Source: a virus. From it: 64,000 nucleotides of DNA. The stretch spans positions 2,844 to 66,843 of IMG/VR virus record IMGVR_UViG_3300037339_000380. One strand, written 5' to 3'. This document shows positions 47,224 to 56,112 of this stretch, piece after piece. The notes below the pieces were generated by a model. That model saw nothing but the letters and a program-made list of their open reading frames with translations. It did not search any database and was not told the DNA's origin. Position numbers and translations under genes: made by a program. The stretch's first letter is position 1, and every line of letters starts with the position of its first letter.

Positions 47224-48342
47224 TTATACTATATGAAGTATTCCACTCCTACGTTCAGGATCAGAACGGATCTGAGGAACCTGTATCGTAAGAACTTTGA
47301 ACTTGGTAACAAAGTTACCTTCTTCACCCCACTGAACGTTTTGCAGTGGTAAGCCACGTATGATACGAACCACATCCGAAGTCATCTGAACCATCAAGAT
47401 GGTATCAGCAGCAAGGGTGTCAATAACCTTAACACCAAGGATTCCTGAAATCTGCATAACTCTTGAACGGATCGTATTGTTCGGATTGCTGTCAGGAGTT
47501 GATCCCGTATAATCCTGATCCAGCTTGGTTTCATAACCAGAAGGAATAAAGATCATCCATGGACCAAAATGACGAACATCCATACTTGCCTGTTTCCAGG
47601 ATATGATTTCATCTACAATGTCTTTACCAGTTGTAGCTGAATCAGTCCAAGGATTAAGCAAAGAAATCTGGTTCCTGTCAGGATGATTCACAAAGCTGTA
47701 AATCGTATTGTTGTTCCTGCTGTCCTTCTCACCATAACTGTAAGTGAGATTGGTAAATAACAGGTTCTCCAATTTTTCCTGTACAGCACGAGCGGCACGT
47801 TCAGCCATCGTTGTGTCCAGCGGGTTCCCCATATTCCGGCTTGCTGCCAATTCCCTCGAGTTGATTTCATAATCAACGTGAATGATTGGTATCGGAATGT
47901 AATTGAAATTCCAGTCTGGCCTGTTGTTCTGTGTTCTGGTGATAGCATCCATTGTCATGTCTGCCGTTAATTCACCAGATACATCATGCCATTCTAGAAC
48001 AGTGGTTCCCATCGCATTTCCAAGGTTGTATGTTAAACCTTTTGAAATAATTTCATCGAAACCACCCAACCTGTATTCCTTTGCACGTACGACTGCGTCG
48101 TCAAGTGCTTTCCACTCATCCCTCTGAAGGGTAGCATTAAGGTTCAGACTCGGCTTGACAATCCAGTTAGATTTCAGAGTAGGATCACCTCCTACATAAA
48201 CTGAAACATATGAACCACCATCCTGTCCTAAGAACGGACGCATACGGTTTGCATCCATCTTCTTTTTAGACGCCATATAACCAGCAAGATCACCAGTTAC
48301 TCTTCCATCGGCGCCAATCAAATCAACATTCACTCTAGGCAT
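47224..48342 (-). CDS. Major capsid protein (HK97 fold, linocin/encapsulin-like family)
   Basis: NATL.RDEW..LD.AV and PIPIIH.DY.IN.REL.ASR..G.PLDT..A..A.R.V.E.LE; strong RBS; head-module position. Confidence 0.9.
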   Translation of the reverse strand: MPRVNVDLIGADGRVTGDLAGYMASKKKMDANRMRPFLGQDGGSYVSVYVGGDPTLKSNWIVKPSLNLNATLQRDEWKALDDAVVRAKEYRLGGFDEIISKGLTYNLGNAMGTTVLEWHDVSGELTADMTMDAITRTQNNRPDWNFNYIPIPIIHVDYEINSRELAASRNMGNPLDTTMAERAARAVQEKLENLLFTNLTYSYGEKDSRNNNTIYSFVNHPDRNQISLLNPWTDSATTGKDIVDEIISWKQASMDVRHFGPWMIFIPSGYETKLDQDYTGSTPDSNPNNTIRSRVMQISGILGVKVIDTLAADTILMVQMTSDVVRIIRGLPLQNVQWGEEGNFVTKFKVLTIQVPQIRSDPERRSGILHIV

Positions 48343-48359
48343 TGTTTTGTCCTCCTTTC

Positions 48360-48821
48360 TTATAATATTTTAATTTTGATTCTCTTGGCAAAGCCAAATG
48401 GAGTTGAGGAGTCTTCCACACCACTTGACTCCGAAAGGTCCTTAGTCTCCAAAGCTATTGCAACTGCACCATTACCAGACGAAAACGCCTGAAGCATACC
48501 AGCACCATTACTCTCAAGATAAGTACCAACTGAAACGTTGCCTCCATCCTCAAGAATAGCATAGACTTCATCCCCACGACCAGGTATCCATACTTTAACA
48601 GGATCTCCAGTAACATAAGGATCATCAATGTCCCTGCCCTGAAGAGCATCTTCAACAGCAAACATTGGTAAACATCCACCCGCAGGAGCATCATCACTGT
48701 GTGCAACAACGGTGTCCGCGGCGGACATCAATAGAAGCATACCCGGGTAAATATTTCCACCAGCGGTGTACTCTTCAAATACATCTGAATAATTTTTCAG
48801 AATAATTGATTTCTGAGCCAT
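48360..48821 (-). CDS. Head decoration/cement protein
   Basis: A.G.I.PG.L, A.ED.LQG..IDD.Y..GD and LESNG.G.L; lies between the protease and capsid genes. Confidence 0.8.
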   Translation of the reverse strand: MAQKSIILKNYSDVFEEYTAGGNIYPGMLLLMSAADTVVAHSDDAPAGGCLPMFAVEDALQGRDIDDPYVTGDPVKVWIPGRGDEVYAILEDGGNVSVGTYLESNGAGMLQAFSSGNGAVAIALETKDLSESSGVEDSSTPFGFAKRIKIKIL

Positions 48822-48838
48822 TTTTCTTTCCTCCTTTT

Positions 48839-49300
48839 TTATTTAAAAACTACACCTGTGGGAGGAAGCGGTTCTTCTGCAGACTCATTAGTACGAATGA
48901 AGTGTCCTCCACCTACCGAATAATCTACAATCTCTTCCTTTTTCACCATACCAGCAATCTTTTTCAATTGACTGTCATTCATAGAGTTAAGTTCTTCCAG
49001 AGTCCAATCTTTCGCATTGGTCTGGATTTCCTTAATATTAGCTTCACGTCTTTCCTTCTTGAGTACTTTAGCCTCATCAAGGACAGCCTTGTCCTCAGCT
49101 GAAAGAACGTTTACCTCAATCGTTTTCTCCACAACAGTCTCCACCACTTTTTCGATCGGTGTGGAGATCTTGTCCAGAAGATCCTCGCTTAAGGTTTCCA
49201 ACATCTCCCTGTGCGATTCAGTGTATTTGCCCTGACTGTTTGCAATCAGTTCATCAACTTTTTTCTTTACACAAGGAGCACAAGCAGTAATGTCTGCCAT
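48839..49300 (-). CDS. Putative in-frame internal scaffold product (153 aa, MADITACAPC...)
   Basis: AAAAAGGAGG 8 nt before the in-frame ATG 49300, the same RBS as the neighbouring head genes. Confidence 0.65.
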   Translation of the reverse strand: MADITACAPCVKKKVDELIANSQGKYTESHREMLETLSEDLLDKISTPIEKVVETVVEKTIEVNVLSAEDKAVLDEAKVLKKERREANIKEIQTNAKDWTLEELNSMNDSQLKKIAGMVKKEEIVDYSVGGGHFIRTNESAEEPLPPTGVVFK

Positions 49301-49933
49301 TTTTGATACCTCCTTTTTAATTAAATTAATACTCAAATCATCACTTTTATTAACACCAAGTCCACAACCGTCAGCCAAAGAACAAGCCCCCACTGCGCCG
49401 GGCAAGAGAGCAAGGTGGTCTGGTCTAAGATTTCTGGCTATGGCCTCATAATGTTCTCCATTCCAATCCCCCGCTGTCAGTTCCTCTTCAAGAAACATTC
49501 CAAGACTTACTTCCAACGGCATGCCAGCTTGTATCAAAATTAAAATTTCCTCCGACAATAGACGTAGCTTTTCCTCGTCTATCCAAGCTTCTGCGGCAAG
49601 TTTTTTATTATCTTTTACGTAGGTATTATAAATGTAACCTACGGTCTGTGAATCAATAATATCCGGATCATTGGCAGAAACATTTATTCCACCAACCTCA
49701 GGATGATTGATTACAACAGGTCTCCCATTCCAAGACTCAGGTATTTTCCCTAATTCTTCAATTGAATGAAAGAGAGGTCCAAAACTTCCAATATGAACAC
49801 CCTCCACCATCATAATGACAGGTACAATTAAATGATCCCTACCCTGATGTTTTCTCCTGCCTACAGGATATGAATTGTCCTGGACGATCTTTTTATAAAT
49901 ACTGTATCCTTTCTTAACTTCTATTTCAGGCAT
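48839..49933 (-). CDS. DUF2213-like prohead protease/scaffold
   Basis: WNGRPVVINHP, EVSLG and PDHLALLP...GACS..DGCG; charged C-terminal scaffold-like part. Confidence 0.8.
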   Translation of the reverse strand: MPEIEVKKGYSIYKKIVQDNSYPVGRRKHQGRDHLIVPVIMMVEGVHIGSFGPLFHSIEELGKIPESWNGRPVVINHPEVGGINVSANDPDIIDSQTVGYIYNTYVKDNKKLAAEAWIDEEKLRLLSEEILILIQAGMPLEVSLGMFLEEELTAGDWNGEHYEAIARNLRPDHLALLPGAVGACSLADGCGLGVNKSDDLSINLIKKEVSKMADITACAPCVKKKVDELIANSQGKYTESHREMLETLSEDLLDKISTPIEKVVETVVEKTIEVNVLSAEDKAVLDEAKVLKKERREANIKEIQTNAKDWTLEELNSMNDSQLKKIAGMVKKEEIVDYSVGGGHFIRTNESAEEPLPPTGVVFK

Positions 49934-49949
49934 TTAGTTCCTCCTTTCT

Positions 49950-50909
49950 TTATTTATAATACTTGACTATATCTTCAATATAAGGTAATGCAATACAACG
50001 ACAATACGGATGATAAGGTATTAAAGGTTCTATTTCATCCAATGTAAATATTTTACCTTCCAAAGATGCACACTTCTCACACACCCTATCATCCCCAGCC
50101 GTTACCCATTCTGCCTTAACGTACACATCTTCCAATCCCCAATTACGATATTCTTGTATTGAAGCTAAATGGAAAGCTCTTATGATTTCTGTACGAGCTA
50201 ACATCATAGCTCTACGTTCAGCAGGAATAAAACGACCTAATGTATCAGTAAGACTTAATTTCCCCAGGTCTGTTCCATCAATTGAAGCTATCAATTTACG
50301 AGCCAATAACGTTGGATTGTCTCCATCAATCATACCCTGTGCAAGTATCCTGCTAATCATAGAATCCATTGCATTAGTGATTCCATTTAAGTCTGAAAAC
50401 ACTCTGGTATAGAGTAAACCAACACGATCAATATGAAATGGAGTACCATTAAGTATTGCATCAATACCCCCGGCTTCTTCTAATGATGAAATAGGAAACC
50501 CTGCTTTCTTCAATTCAGCACGGGCACGTATGATTCCCCGCTTGTACGAATCCAATATATAAAGATTTGTCCAAGCCTGTTCCATTGACATACCTAACTG
50601 CTGAAACGTTCCCACCGATAACACACCCTTATCAACTTGTTGACGTAACCAACGCATAAAAGCATCTACCTTATCAGGATCCCGTAAATAATTGAACGCT
50701 CCTGAACCCGGTGGGGTCATTTGATTAATAATTATTTTATACTTATCCAACCCAAAACAATCCTGTTCAAGTAAAGCTTCACGAATCACACGTTTCAATT
50801 CTACAACACGTACTTTCATAGCTTTAGCAAATGAATTACGTAATGCCGTAGTATGAGTAGGGTCGTAATTATGACGTTGAATTTCAGTATATGTAACTAC
50901 CTCTTCCAT
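49950..50909 (-). CDS. Head morphogenesis protein (Mu gpF / SPP1 gp7 family)
   Basis: RA..LARTEI.RA, W.TAGDDRVC..C..LEG and P.HP.CRC. Confidence 0.9.
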   Translation of the reverse strand: MEEVVTYTEIQRHNYDPTHTTALRNSFAKAMKVRVVELKRVIREALLEQDCFGLDKYKIIINQMTPPGSGAFNYLRDPDKVDAFMRWLRQQVDKGVLSVGTFQQLGMSMEQAWTNLYILDSYKRGIIRARAELKKAGFPISSLEEAGGIDAILNGTPFHIDRVGLLYTRVFSDLNGITNAMDSMISRILAQGMIDGDNPTLLARKLIASIDGTDLGKLSLTDTLGRFIPAERRAMMLARTEIIRAFHLASIQEYRNWGLEDVYVKAEWVTAGDDRVCEKCASLEGKIFTLDEIEPLIPYHPYCRCIALPYIEDIVKYYK

Positions 50910-52399
50910 TATTTTGTTGGTGCAGGTTTTTTAGTTGCTGGTTTTTTAGTTGCTGGTGTCATTGGTCTTCCCATTGGCATTGCTATCTTAGGCTCAGGAG
51001 GATCAGCTTTCTTTTTAATTACCGCTTCCAGTTCCTCTTCTGATATCATCTTATCCCTCATCTTCTTGACATAAGTACGTTGTTCCGTTGTAAAGCCTAA
51101 GAACAGATCATTAAAAGCATCCGGTGGTATAAGTTCTTGTTCAATTGGATTGTATGAATACTCACGCAAAGCCGCCGCACGGTTCTTCCCAATCTCAACT
51201 CTTGACTTCTCACTAATTGAAAACAGATCCTGCCAAAGTACTGTATAATCCTCTCCTGGCTTAGGTAATATTCCAAGTTCAATAAAACGATCAACTGTAG
51301 GACGTACAATTCTTGGTTCTGCATGATCTTCTCTACGTGCCTGTACATACGTCAACCATTCCGTTGTGTCTTGAGTACTTGCCAATTCCCCACGTTCACT
51401 ACCTGACAACACACGAACTGGTATTCCCGTTTGGGAAGATATCAGTTTTAATTGAGTGTCAAGGTGTGGAGTAGGATCAGTAATGTCTTGTGTTAATGGT
51501 TCAATATCAACTCCTTCATTTATAAGAAACCTACGTAAATCATTTTCATACTCATCAAGTTGATCTAACAAGTCTATTTTAGTTTGGTTAGTCATTGTAT
51601 ATTCTTTGTCCACTTTTCCATGAAACCCTGGACGAGCACCCCTCCAAAACATTTCTGCGGCTCCCCCTGCTATCTTCTCAATATTCATAAGACAATTATA
51701 TACAGGTTCCAAACGCGGAGTACCATAGACCTCAGACTCTAAATTATCATCTGTTATATGTATGACCCTAGAATAATGAACCTTCACGGATTTGCTAAGG
51801 TTTGAGGCAATATCAGTAGTCTCAATGGCATACAGTACAGGAAGCCCATAACGTTTATTGCTTGGGTTGATTTCAAAGGTATCTACCTTTGCCGAATCCT
51901 CAGCAAAAGGTTTTAAGTAAATCAATTTATGAGATGTCTTTTCATTAACAGGATTAGCAAAAGAATCTCCATTTTTAGCATCTTCCAATCCCATTAATAT
52001 TATACCATACCTACCAATACCAGTCAAACGGTCAACCCTTGAAAACAAAGATTTCATTCCCATCTTCCTGTTCAAGTTTTTCCATGCCTCTTCAAATCCT
52101 GTATCCTCTGCTTTATTCGCCTCAATTAATTCAAGAGGACCTGACCAAGTTGACTTTACAGGACGATCAATAATAGCCTTTGCTACCTCTTGACGAGTGT
52201 ACCTTGCAAAGTAATCAGAAAAATTAAGAACCTTTGAATATCCAAGTGCTTTGTATATATCACGAATATCACCATATTGAAGTCCTAACTTCGCAGCCAA
52301 TAAGACCCTGTTAGTCAATTCGCTAAGCACTTGGATTCTTCTCCCATCCATGGGCTTTACTTTTGCAACATAAGGTTTTGTGCGTTCCATTCTTATCAT
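50909..52399 (-). CDS. Portal protein (DUF1073-like)
   Basis: AKAIIDRP...TW, YGLP..Y, VHYSRVIH and GIP.RVL.G.E.GELAST.D; position before gpF. Start is 52399 or 52390. Confidence 0.85.
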   Translation of the reverse strand: MIRMERTKPYVAKVKPMDGRRIQVLSELTNRVLLAAKLGLQYGDIRDIYKALGYSKVLNFSDYFARYTRQEVAKAIIDRPVKSTWSGPLELIEANKAEDTGFEEAWKNLNRKMGMKSLFSRVDRLTGIGRYGIILMGLEDAKNGDSFANPVNEKTSHKLIYLKPFAEDSAKVDTFEINPSNKRYGLPVLYAIETTDIASNLSKSVKVHYSRVIHITDDNLESEVYGTPRLEPVYNCLMNIEKIAGGAAEMFWRGARPGFHGKVDKEYTMTNQTKIDLLDQLDEYENDLRRFLINEGVDIEPLTQDITDPTPHLDTQLKLISSQTGIPVRVLSGSERGELASTQDTTEWLTYVQARREDHAEPRIVRPTVDRFIELGILPKPGEDYTVLWQDLFSISEKSRVEIGKNRAAALREYSYNPIEQELIPPDAFNDLFLGFTTEQRTYVKKMRDKMISEEELEAVIKKKADPPEPKIAMPMGRPMTPATKKPATKKPAPTK

Positions 52400-52641
52400 T
52401 TTAAATTTTTAGCTTCTGCTATCTTACCTATTGTTCTTGCTTTATCTGCACTACCAGCACTTGAACCAAAATTATATGTTACTATTGTTCCAAAACAACC
52501 TATCAATGCTCCTACAACTAAATTTAAGAGATCACTATTTACCTCTGGGATTGGTAAAAACAAAAGAAAGATTAACAATGTAAAAAATCCTATGATAACC
52601 AATGCTCCAATAATGTATTTAAATACTTCCCTCTTTTCCAT
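52396..52641 (-). CDS. Holin-like two-TM protein
   Basis: Two TM segments and YNFGSSAGS..K. Confidence 0.65.
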   Translation of the reverse strand: MEKREVFKYIIGALVIIGFFTLLIFLLFLPIPEVNSDLLNLVVGALIGCFGTIVTYNFGSSAGSADKARTIGKIAEAKNLK

Positions 52642-52822
52642 CTTTCTTTGTCATGTTATAGATTATAAAGCCTACAAAATAAAGGAATGCTACAATAAAA
52701 CCCAATCCAATTCCCCTACCATCTTTACTACCTAATCCTATAAGATCAAGTATTGCAATACCAAACATCAATACAAGATTTAAAGCAACTCTTTCAAAGA
52801 TTTTTTCAAATAGTTTTTTCAT
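52619..52822 (-). CDS. Small two-TM membrane protein
   Basis: Two hydrophobic segments; likely start MKKLFEK. Confidence 0.55.
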   Translation of the reverse strand: MKKLFEKIFERVALNLVLMFGIAILDLIGLGSKDGRGIGLGFIVAFLYFVGFIIYNMTKKDGKEGSI

Positions 52823-52833
52823 AATTTTATGTT

Positions 52834-53268
52834 TTAAACAATATTTATCCAAAGTTCATGCCCATATATAAGAAAACGCTTTAATCTCTCTACCAAAATT
52901 GTTTCCCAATAACGTGAATTTACCAAATGTCCTTTGATCTTATTCTCTCCCACCAATATACATCCCGCAGTATCATCGGTATCATTCCCTGCATGTATTC
53001 TTATACTGGTAAAGTTATGTACATCAAGTATCTCTGGTAATTCCCTTTTAAATTTAGGACTTCTGGAGATTAACACCCGATACCTACCAAATGGTATAGC
53101 CGTATACATTGGAATTTTTATCTCTCCATCATCATCTAAATCCCCATCATGGTTTAAGTCCCTGACAATATCTTCCAACGTATCACACAGGTACAGACCA
53201 TCCACAGCCAACCTGCCCACCGTATATTTGGTGCCTATATAAAACCGTTCAAGCAGTAGATTTATCAT
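52834..53268 (-). CDS. DUF5675-like (L,D-transpeptidase fold) putative endolysin
   Basis: T.G.L..DG...CDTLE, TAIP.G.Y, DV.NF..IRIHAGN...DT.GCILVG. Confidence 0.8.
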   Translation of the reverse strand: MINLLLERFYIGTKYTVGRLAVDGLYLCDTLEDIVRDLNHDGDLDDDGEIKIPMYTAIPFGRYRVLISRSPKFKRELPEILDVHNFTSIRIHAGNDTDDTAGCILVGENKIKGHLVNSRYWETILVERLKRFLIYGHELWINIV

Positions 53269-53843
53269 TTTATAAAAACTTTATGTAATGGTTCTGCCCA
53301 CCAATAATGAAATAACAGAGTTAATAGTGTTGCTATTATAATTGTCACTCCAATTCTTACAATTACCCATTTAGGTTGAACGTATTCCTCAAGAGCCAAT
53401 AATCGTTTATGATGTTTTGTATATACATTCTCTTCCAACTCCCCCACTCGTTTATCCATTTTAAGATGTAATTCATCTACACTCTTCTGCCAATCAGCTA
53501 CCCCCTCCAAAATCTTTTCAATATTTCCTAACCGAGTATTCCATGGAGTAAGTACCTCTGCAAGTTGTGCTCCTACAGATTCTGCCACGTTCTTACAAAT
53601 ACACGCATTATCAGCTTCGTACACTTCGTGCATCTTTTTCATTACAATCCCAATGATACGTTCTTCCATTTCCATATCACGTACCCCCTCCCAACGAAAA
53701 AAGAACTTCTGTTGAAGTAATGAAAAGTTCTTTTTAAGTTCTTCCCTTTCTTTTGGATCTGAGATAACTTTATCAATTTCTAAATGAAGTCTTTCTACTT
53801 CATTCAGTATGAGATTCTCTTTCTTATTTTTTCCTTTTACCAT
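53265..53843 (-). CDS. Coiled-coil protein with C-terminal TM
   Basis: Heptads followed by IGVTIIIATLLTLLF. Confidence 0.6.
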   Translation of the reverse strand: MVKGKNKKENLILNEVERLHLEIDKVISDPKEREELKKNFSLLQQKFFFRWEGVRDMEMEERIIGIVMKKMHEVYEADNACICKNVAESVGAQLAEVLTPWNTRLGNIEKILEGVADWQKSVDELHLKMDKRVGELEENVYTKHHKRLLALEEYVQPKWVIVRIGVTIIIATLLTLLFHYWWAEPLHKVFIK

Positions 53844-53844
53844 C

Positions 53845-54249
53845 TCACTTTTTAATTTTGTTAATCAAAATTTTGAATTGTACACTATCAGACACTGCTT
53901 TTTGTAGATCAAATTGATATCCTTGTAAAAACGTGACTAACTCTGTATATCTCTTATCCATTTCCAAATGCTTTACAAAACTTGATTTTAATATATTTTG
54001 ATTAACAACAACTCCTTCGATTAGGTATTCTTGGGCATTTTGCGCCCTTTGTATTTTAGTGTAATATATTACAGCCGTATCTGCTTTTTCGTTAAGACTG
54101 GCTACGTCTGCCTTTAATTCCAGTACATCCTTTTGTATGTCTATAACGTTGTACTTTTTATCGGTATTCTTCGTAGCCAAAGTCCAAATGGTCATTACCA
54201 CTCCCCAGACGGCCATTACATAACCAATATATGACGCTATCGTTTTCAT
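53845..54249 (-). CDS. N-terminal TM coiled-coil protein
   Basis: Hydrophobic N-terminus; lies in the lysis neighbourhood. Confidence 0.6.
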   Translation of the reverse strand: MKTIASYIGYVMAVWGVVMTIWTLATKNTDKKYNVIDIQKDVLELKADVASLNEKADTAVIYYTKIQRAQNAQEYLIEGVVVNQNILKSSFVKHLEMDKRYTELVTFLQGYQFDLQKAVSDSVQFKILINKIKK

Positions 54250-54635
54250 TTATCATATTTTTCGCTGAACCAACCGTACACAATATTAAATATTTCAAAC
54301 AATATTCCCCAACATACATTAAGAAATACAAGTACCAAAATATATTTCCACCATTCAATACCTGGATCACTCATTAAAGCTATTATTAGAAATATTGAAT
54401 TTAGAAACAGAAATTTCAATAGATGCCAAAAATCCGTGGTAAATACTAATAACGTGGAAAATACTTTAGTCCAAAAATATGACTTCTTATATTTGTTCTT
54501 CCATGATATTGCCGGGTTCCACCACTGATCTTTTCCAGCAGGAAACCAATGAGCGAATAACATATCCCAATGATATTGGATATGATCCATCGTTACGTTG
54601 CAGAGTACTGCAAATATTGCCAATGCTATCTTCAT
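54246..54635 (-). CDS. Multi-TM membrane protein
   Basis: WWNP..SWKNKY and ST.LVF.TD.WHL.K pattern. Confidence 0.65.
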   Translation of the reverse strand: MKIALAIFAVLCNVTMDHIQYHWDMLFAHWFPAGKDQWWNPAISWKNKYKKSYFWTKVFSTLLVFTTDFWHLLKFLFLNSIFLIIALMSDPGIEWWKYILVLVFLNVCWGILFEIFNIVYGWFSEKYDK

Positions 54636-54943
54636 ATACACGTCCCTCCCACCTCAAATACTTTAATACGAACTGGTTCCCCTGGAGCCGATAAAGAATC
54701 TGATTCCTGACCAAATGTAATGAAAGCCCAAAACGTCCAAGTCCCTGCTACATCCAAATCTCCTATTGCAAAATCATAATAAATAGCACCAGGTGTTCCC
54801 TCTAATTCTAATGCTGGGAAAGATTCTACTGTTGTTGAACCAGGTTTTGTATATTGAATTTCCAACATATCATCAGAAGCTATGTCTACTCCAGTATTCA
54901 ACTGAAGCCTTAATTTGCTTTGGTTTACATATATCTTTCCCAT
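54632..54943 (-). CDS. BppU N-terminal-like Ig-fold virion protein
   Basis: I.Y.KP.....G.I.Y....GDLD.AG.W......F pattern. Confidence 0.65.
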   Translation of the reverse strand: MGKIYVNQSKLRLQLNTGVDIASDDMLEIQYTKPGSTTVESFPALELEGTPGAIYYDFAIGDLDVAGTWTFWAFITFGQESDSLSAPGEPVRIKVFEVGGTCI

Positions 54944-54945
54944 GA

Positions 54946-55104
54946 CTATACAATTAAACTATTATAAGTAACCTGTTCCGTAATATCCGAATCTGTTACC
55001 ACTGAAGTAGTAACTGCTGAATCTTCTTCCAAATTAGTAACTGTTGCAGAGTCAAACACCTCTGAAATAGTAATTATAGAATCCATGATAAGTATCCCTG
55101 TCAT
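54946..55104 (-). CDS. 52-aa ORF with 10-residue periodic DS-x-I/V-T repeats (not in the track)
   Basis: MTGILIMDSIITISEVFDSATVTNLEEDSAVTTSVVTDSDITEQVTYNSLIV; TAATG-coupled. Confidence 0.6.
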   Translation of the reverse strand: MTGILIMDSIITISEVFDSATVTNLEEDSAVTTSVVTDSDITEQVTYNSLIV

Positions 55105-55232
55105 TATGAATTGAATATTAAATGTATTGTAATTCTTGATTCATGTATTAACCATTCAACAACTCTTTCAATATGAACTATAATCCCTCCAAGAAACAAA
55201 ATACCCTTATTATCGTTTACAAATAGTATCAT
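55104..55232 (-). CDS. 42-aa ORF (not in the track)
   Basis: MILFVNDNKGILFLGG...HESRITIHLIFNS; ATGA and TAATG coupling on both sides. Confidence 0.55.
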   Translation of the reverse strand: MILFVNDNKGILFLGGIIVHIERVVEWLIHESRITIHLIFNS

Positions 55233-55870
55233 ACTTGAACCCTCCCTCCAAGTGCTAAATTGTATTGCCTCCAAGTTGTAACACCATTGTCCTCAAATAT
55301 TGTAATAATGTCCCCAGACTTGGTTACTTTGTTTCCTGTCAATTTCCTTATAATTGCAATTGCTAAATCAACATCCTGTATGGAAGCTATGATAGTATCA
55401 ACATCCCCCTGTAAAGCTAAAAGACGAGCATCATACTCACCAGCATTACCTAAACCCATCAATTTGTCATGCTCTTCAGTAGACATCCCACTTCCTGATG
55501 TAACCTGTATCAAACCTGCAGAGTTTGTTGGGATAACCTGTACTTGATTTTGTATTAATCTACCATTTCCTATATCAAAAATATTATTGTTAGAACCAGT
55601 TAACATTACTGAATATGCCCCATCCTCAAATTCAATACTATATGGTACCAGTATATTAATTGCTCTTGCATAAGTAACTCCAACAATCGTTACTGTCGTA
55701 TTATGATTATGTGTCTTCAAATTTGGCATACCATATACACTTGCTTCCAACGCTTTTAAATCCAACCTAAATTGATTAGTATCCAATTCATATAGTGTTC
55801 CACTTACCCACGTTAAATCTGATTGTGGGATATGTATTGTATGAGTTAACCAATCAATCGAAATAGCCAT
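55229..55870 (-). CDS. Putative virion structural protein
   Basis: Beta-rich N-terminus (NNNI.D......NQV.V...NSAGL) and a coiled coil; AGGAGG RBS. Confidence 0.6.
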   Translation of the reverse strand: MAISIDWLTHTIHIPQSDLTWVSGTLYELDTNQFRLDLKALEASVYGMPNLKTHNHNTTVTIVGVTYARAINILVPYSIEFEDGAYSVMLTGSNNNIFDIGNGRLIQNQVQVIPTNSAGLIQVTSGSGMSTEEHDKLMGLGNAGEYDARLLALQGDVDTIIASIQDVDLAIAIIRKLTGNKVTKSGDIITIFEDNGVTTWRQYNLALGGRVQV

Positions 55871-56112
55871 TACTCAGTTCCTCCTGAAAATAATTTTGTC
55901 TGAATTCCTGCTAATTGTAATTTCAACGCTTCAATCACTACAAGTTGATTCCTGTTATATTCCTCCAATTGATTCACTTTCTTTTCAAGTTCCCGAACAA
56001 TTTCACGTGTATCCTTGGAATAAGCTATCATAGTTTTAACATTTCTTGTCGTGACTTCCTCAAGAGCCTGTTTCTGTTCTTTCTCACCCGATTCAAATAC
56101 TTCTTTACTCAT
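55870..56112 (-). CDS. Small coiled-coil protein
   Basis: Heptad pattern; coupled to its neighbours. Confidence 0.55.
   Translation of the reverse strand: MSKEVFESGEKEQKQALEEVTTRNVKTMIAYSKDTREIVRELEKKVNQLEEYNRNQLVVIEALKLQLAGIQTKLFSGGTE

Noticed and set aside
47224-48342. Encapsulin/linocin nanocompartment
   Set aside because: It sits in a complete head module (portal, gpF, protease, cement), so it is the major capsid protein
50909-52399. Anti-CBASS Acb1 annotation sometimes attached to DUF1073 proteins
   Set aside because: No 2H phosphoesterase HxT motif pair is evident; size and position fit a plain portal
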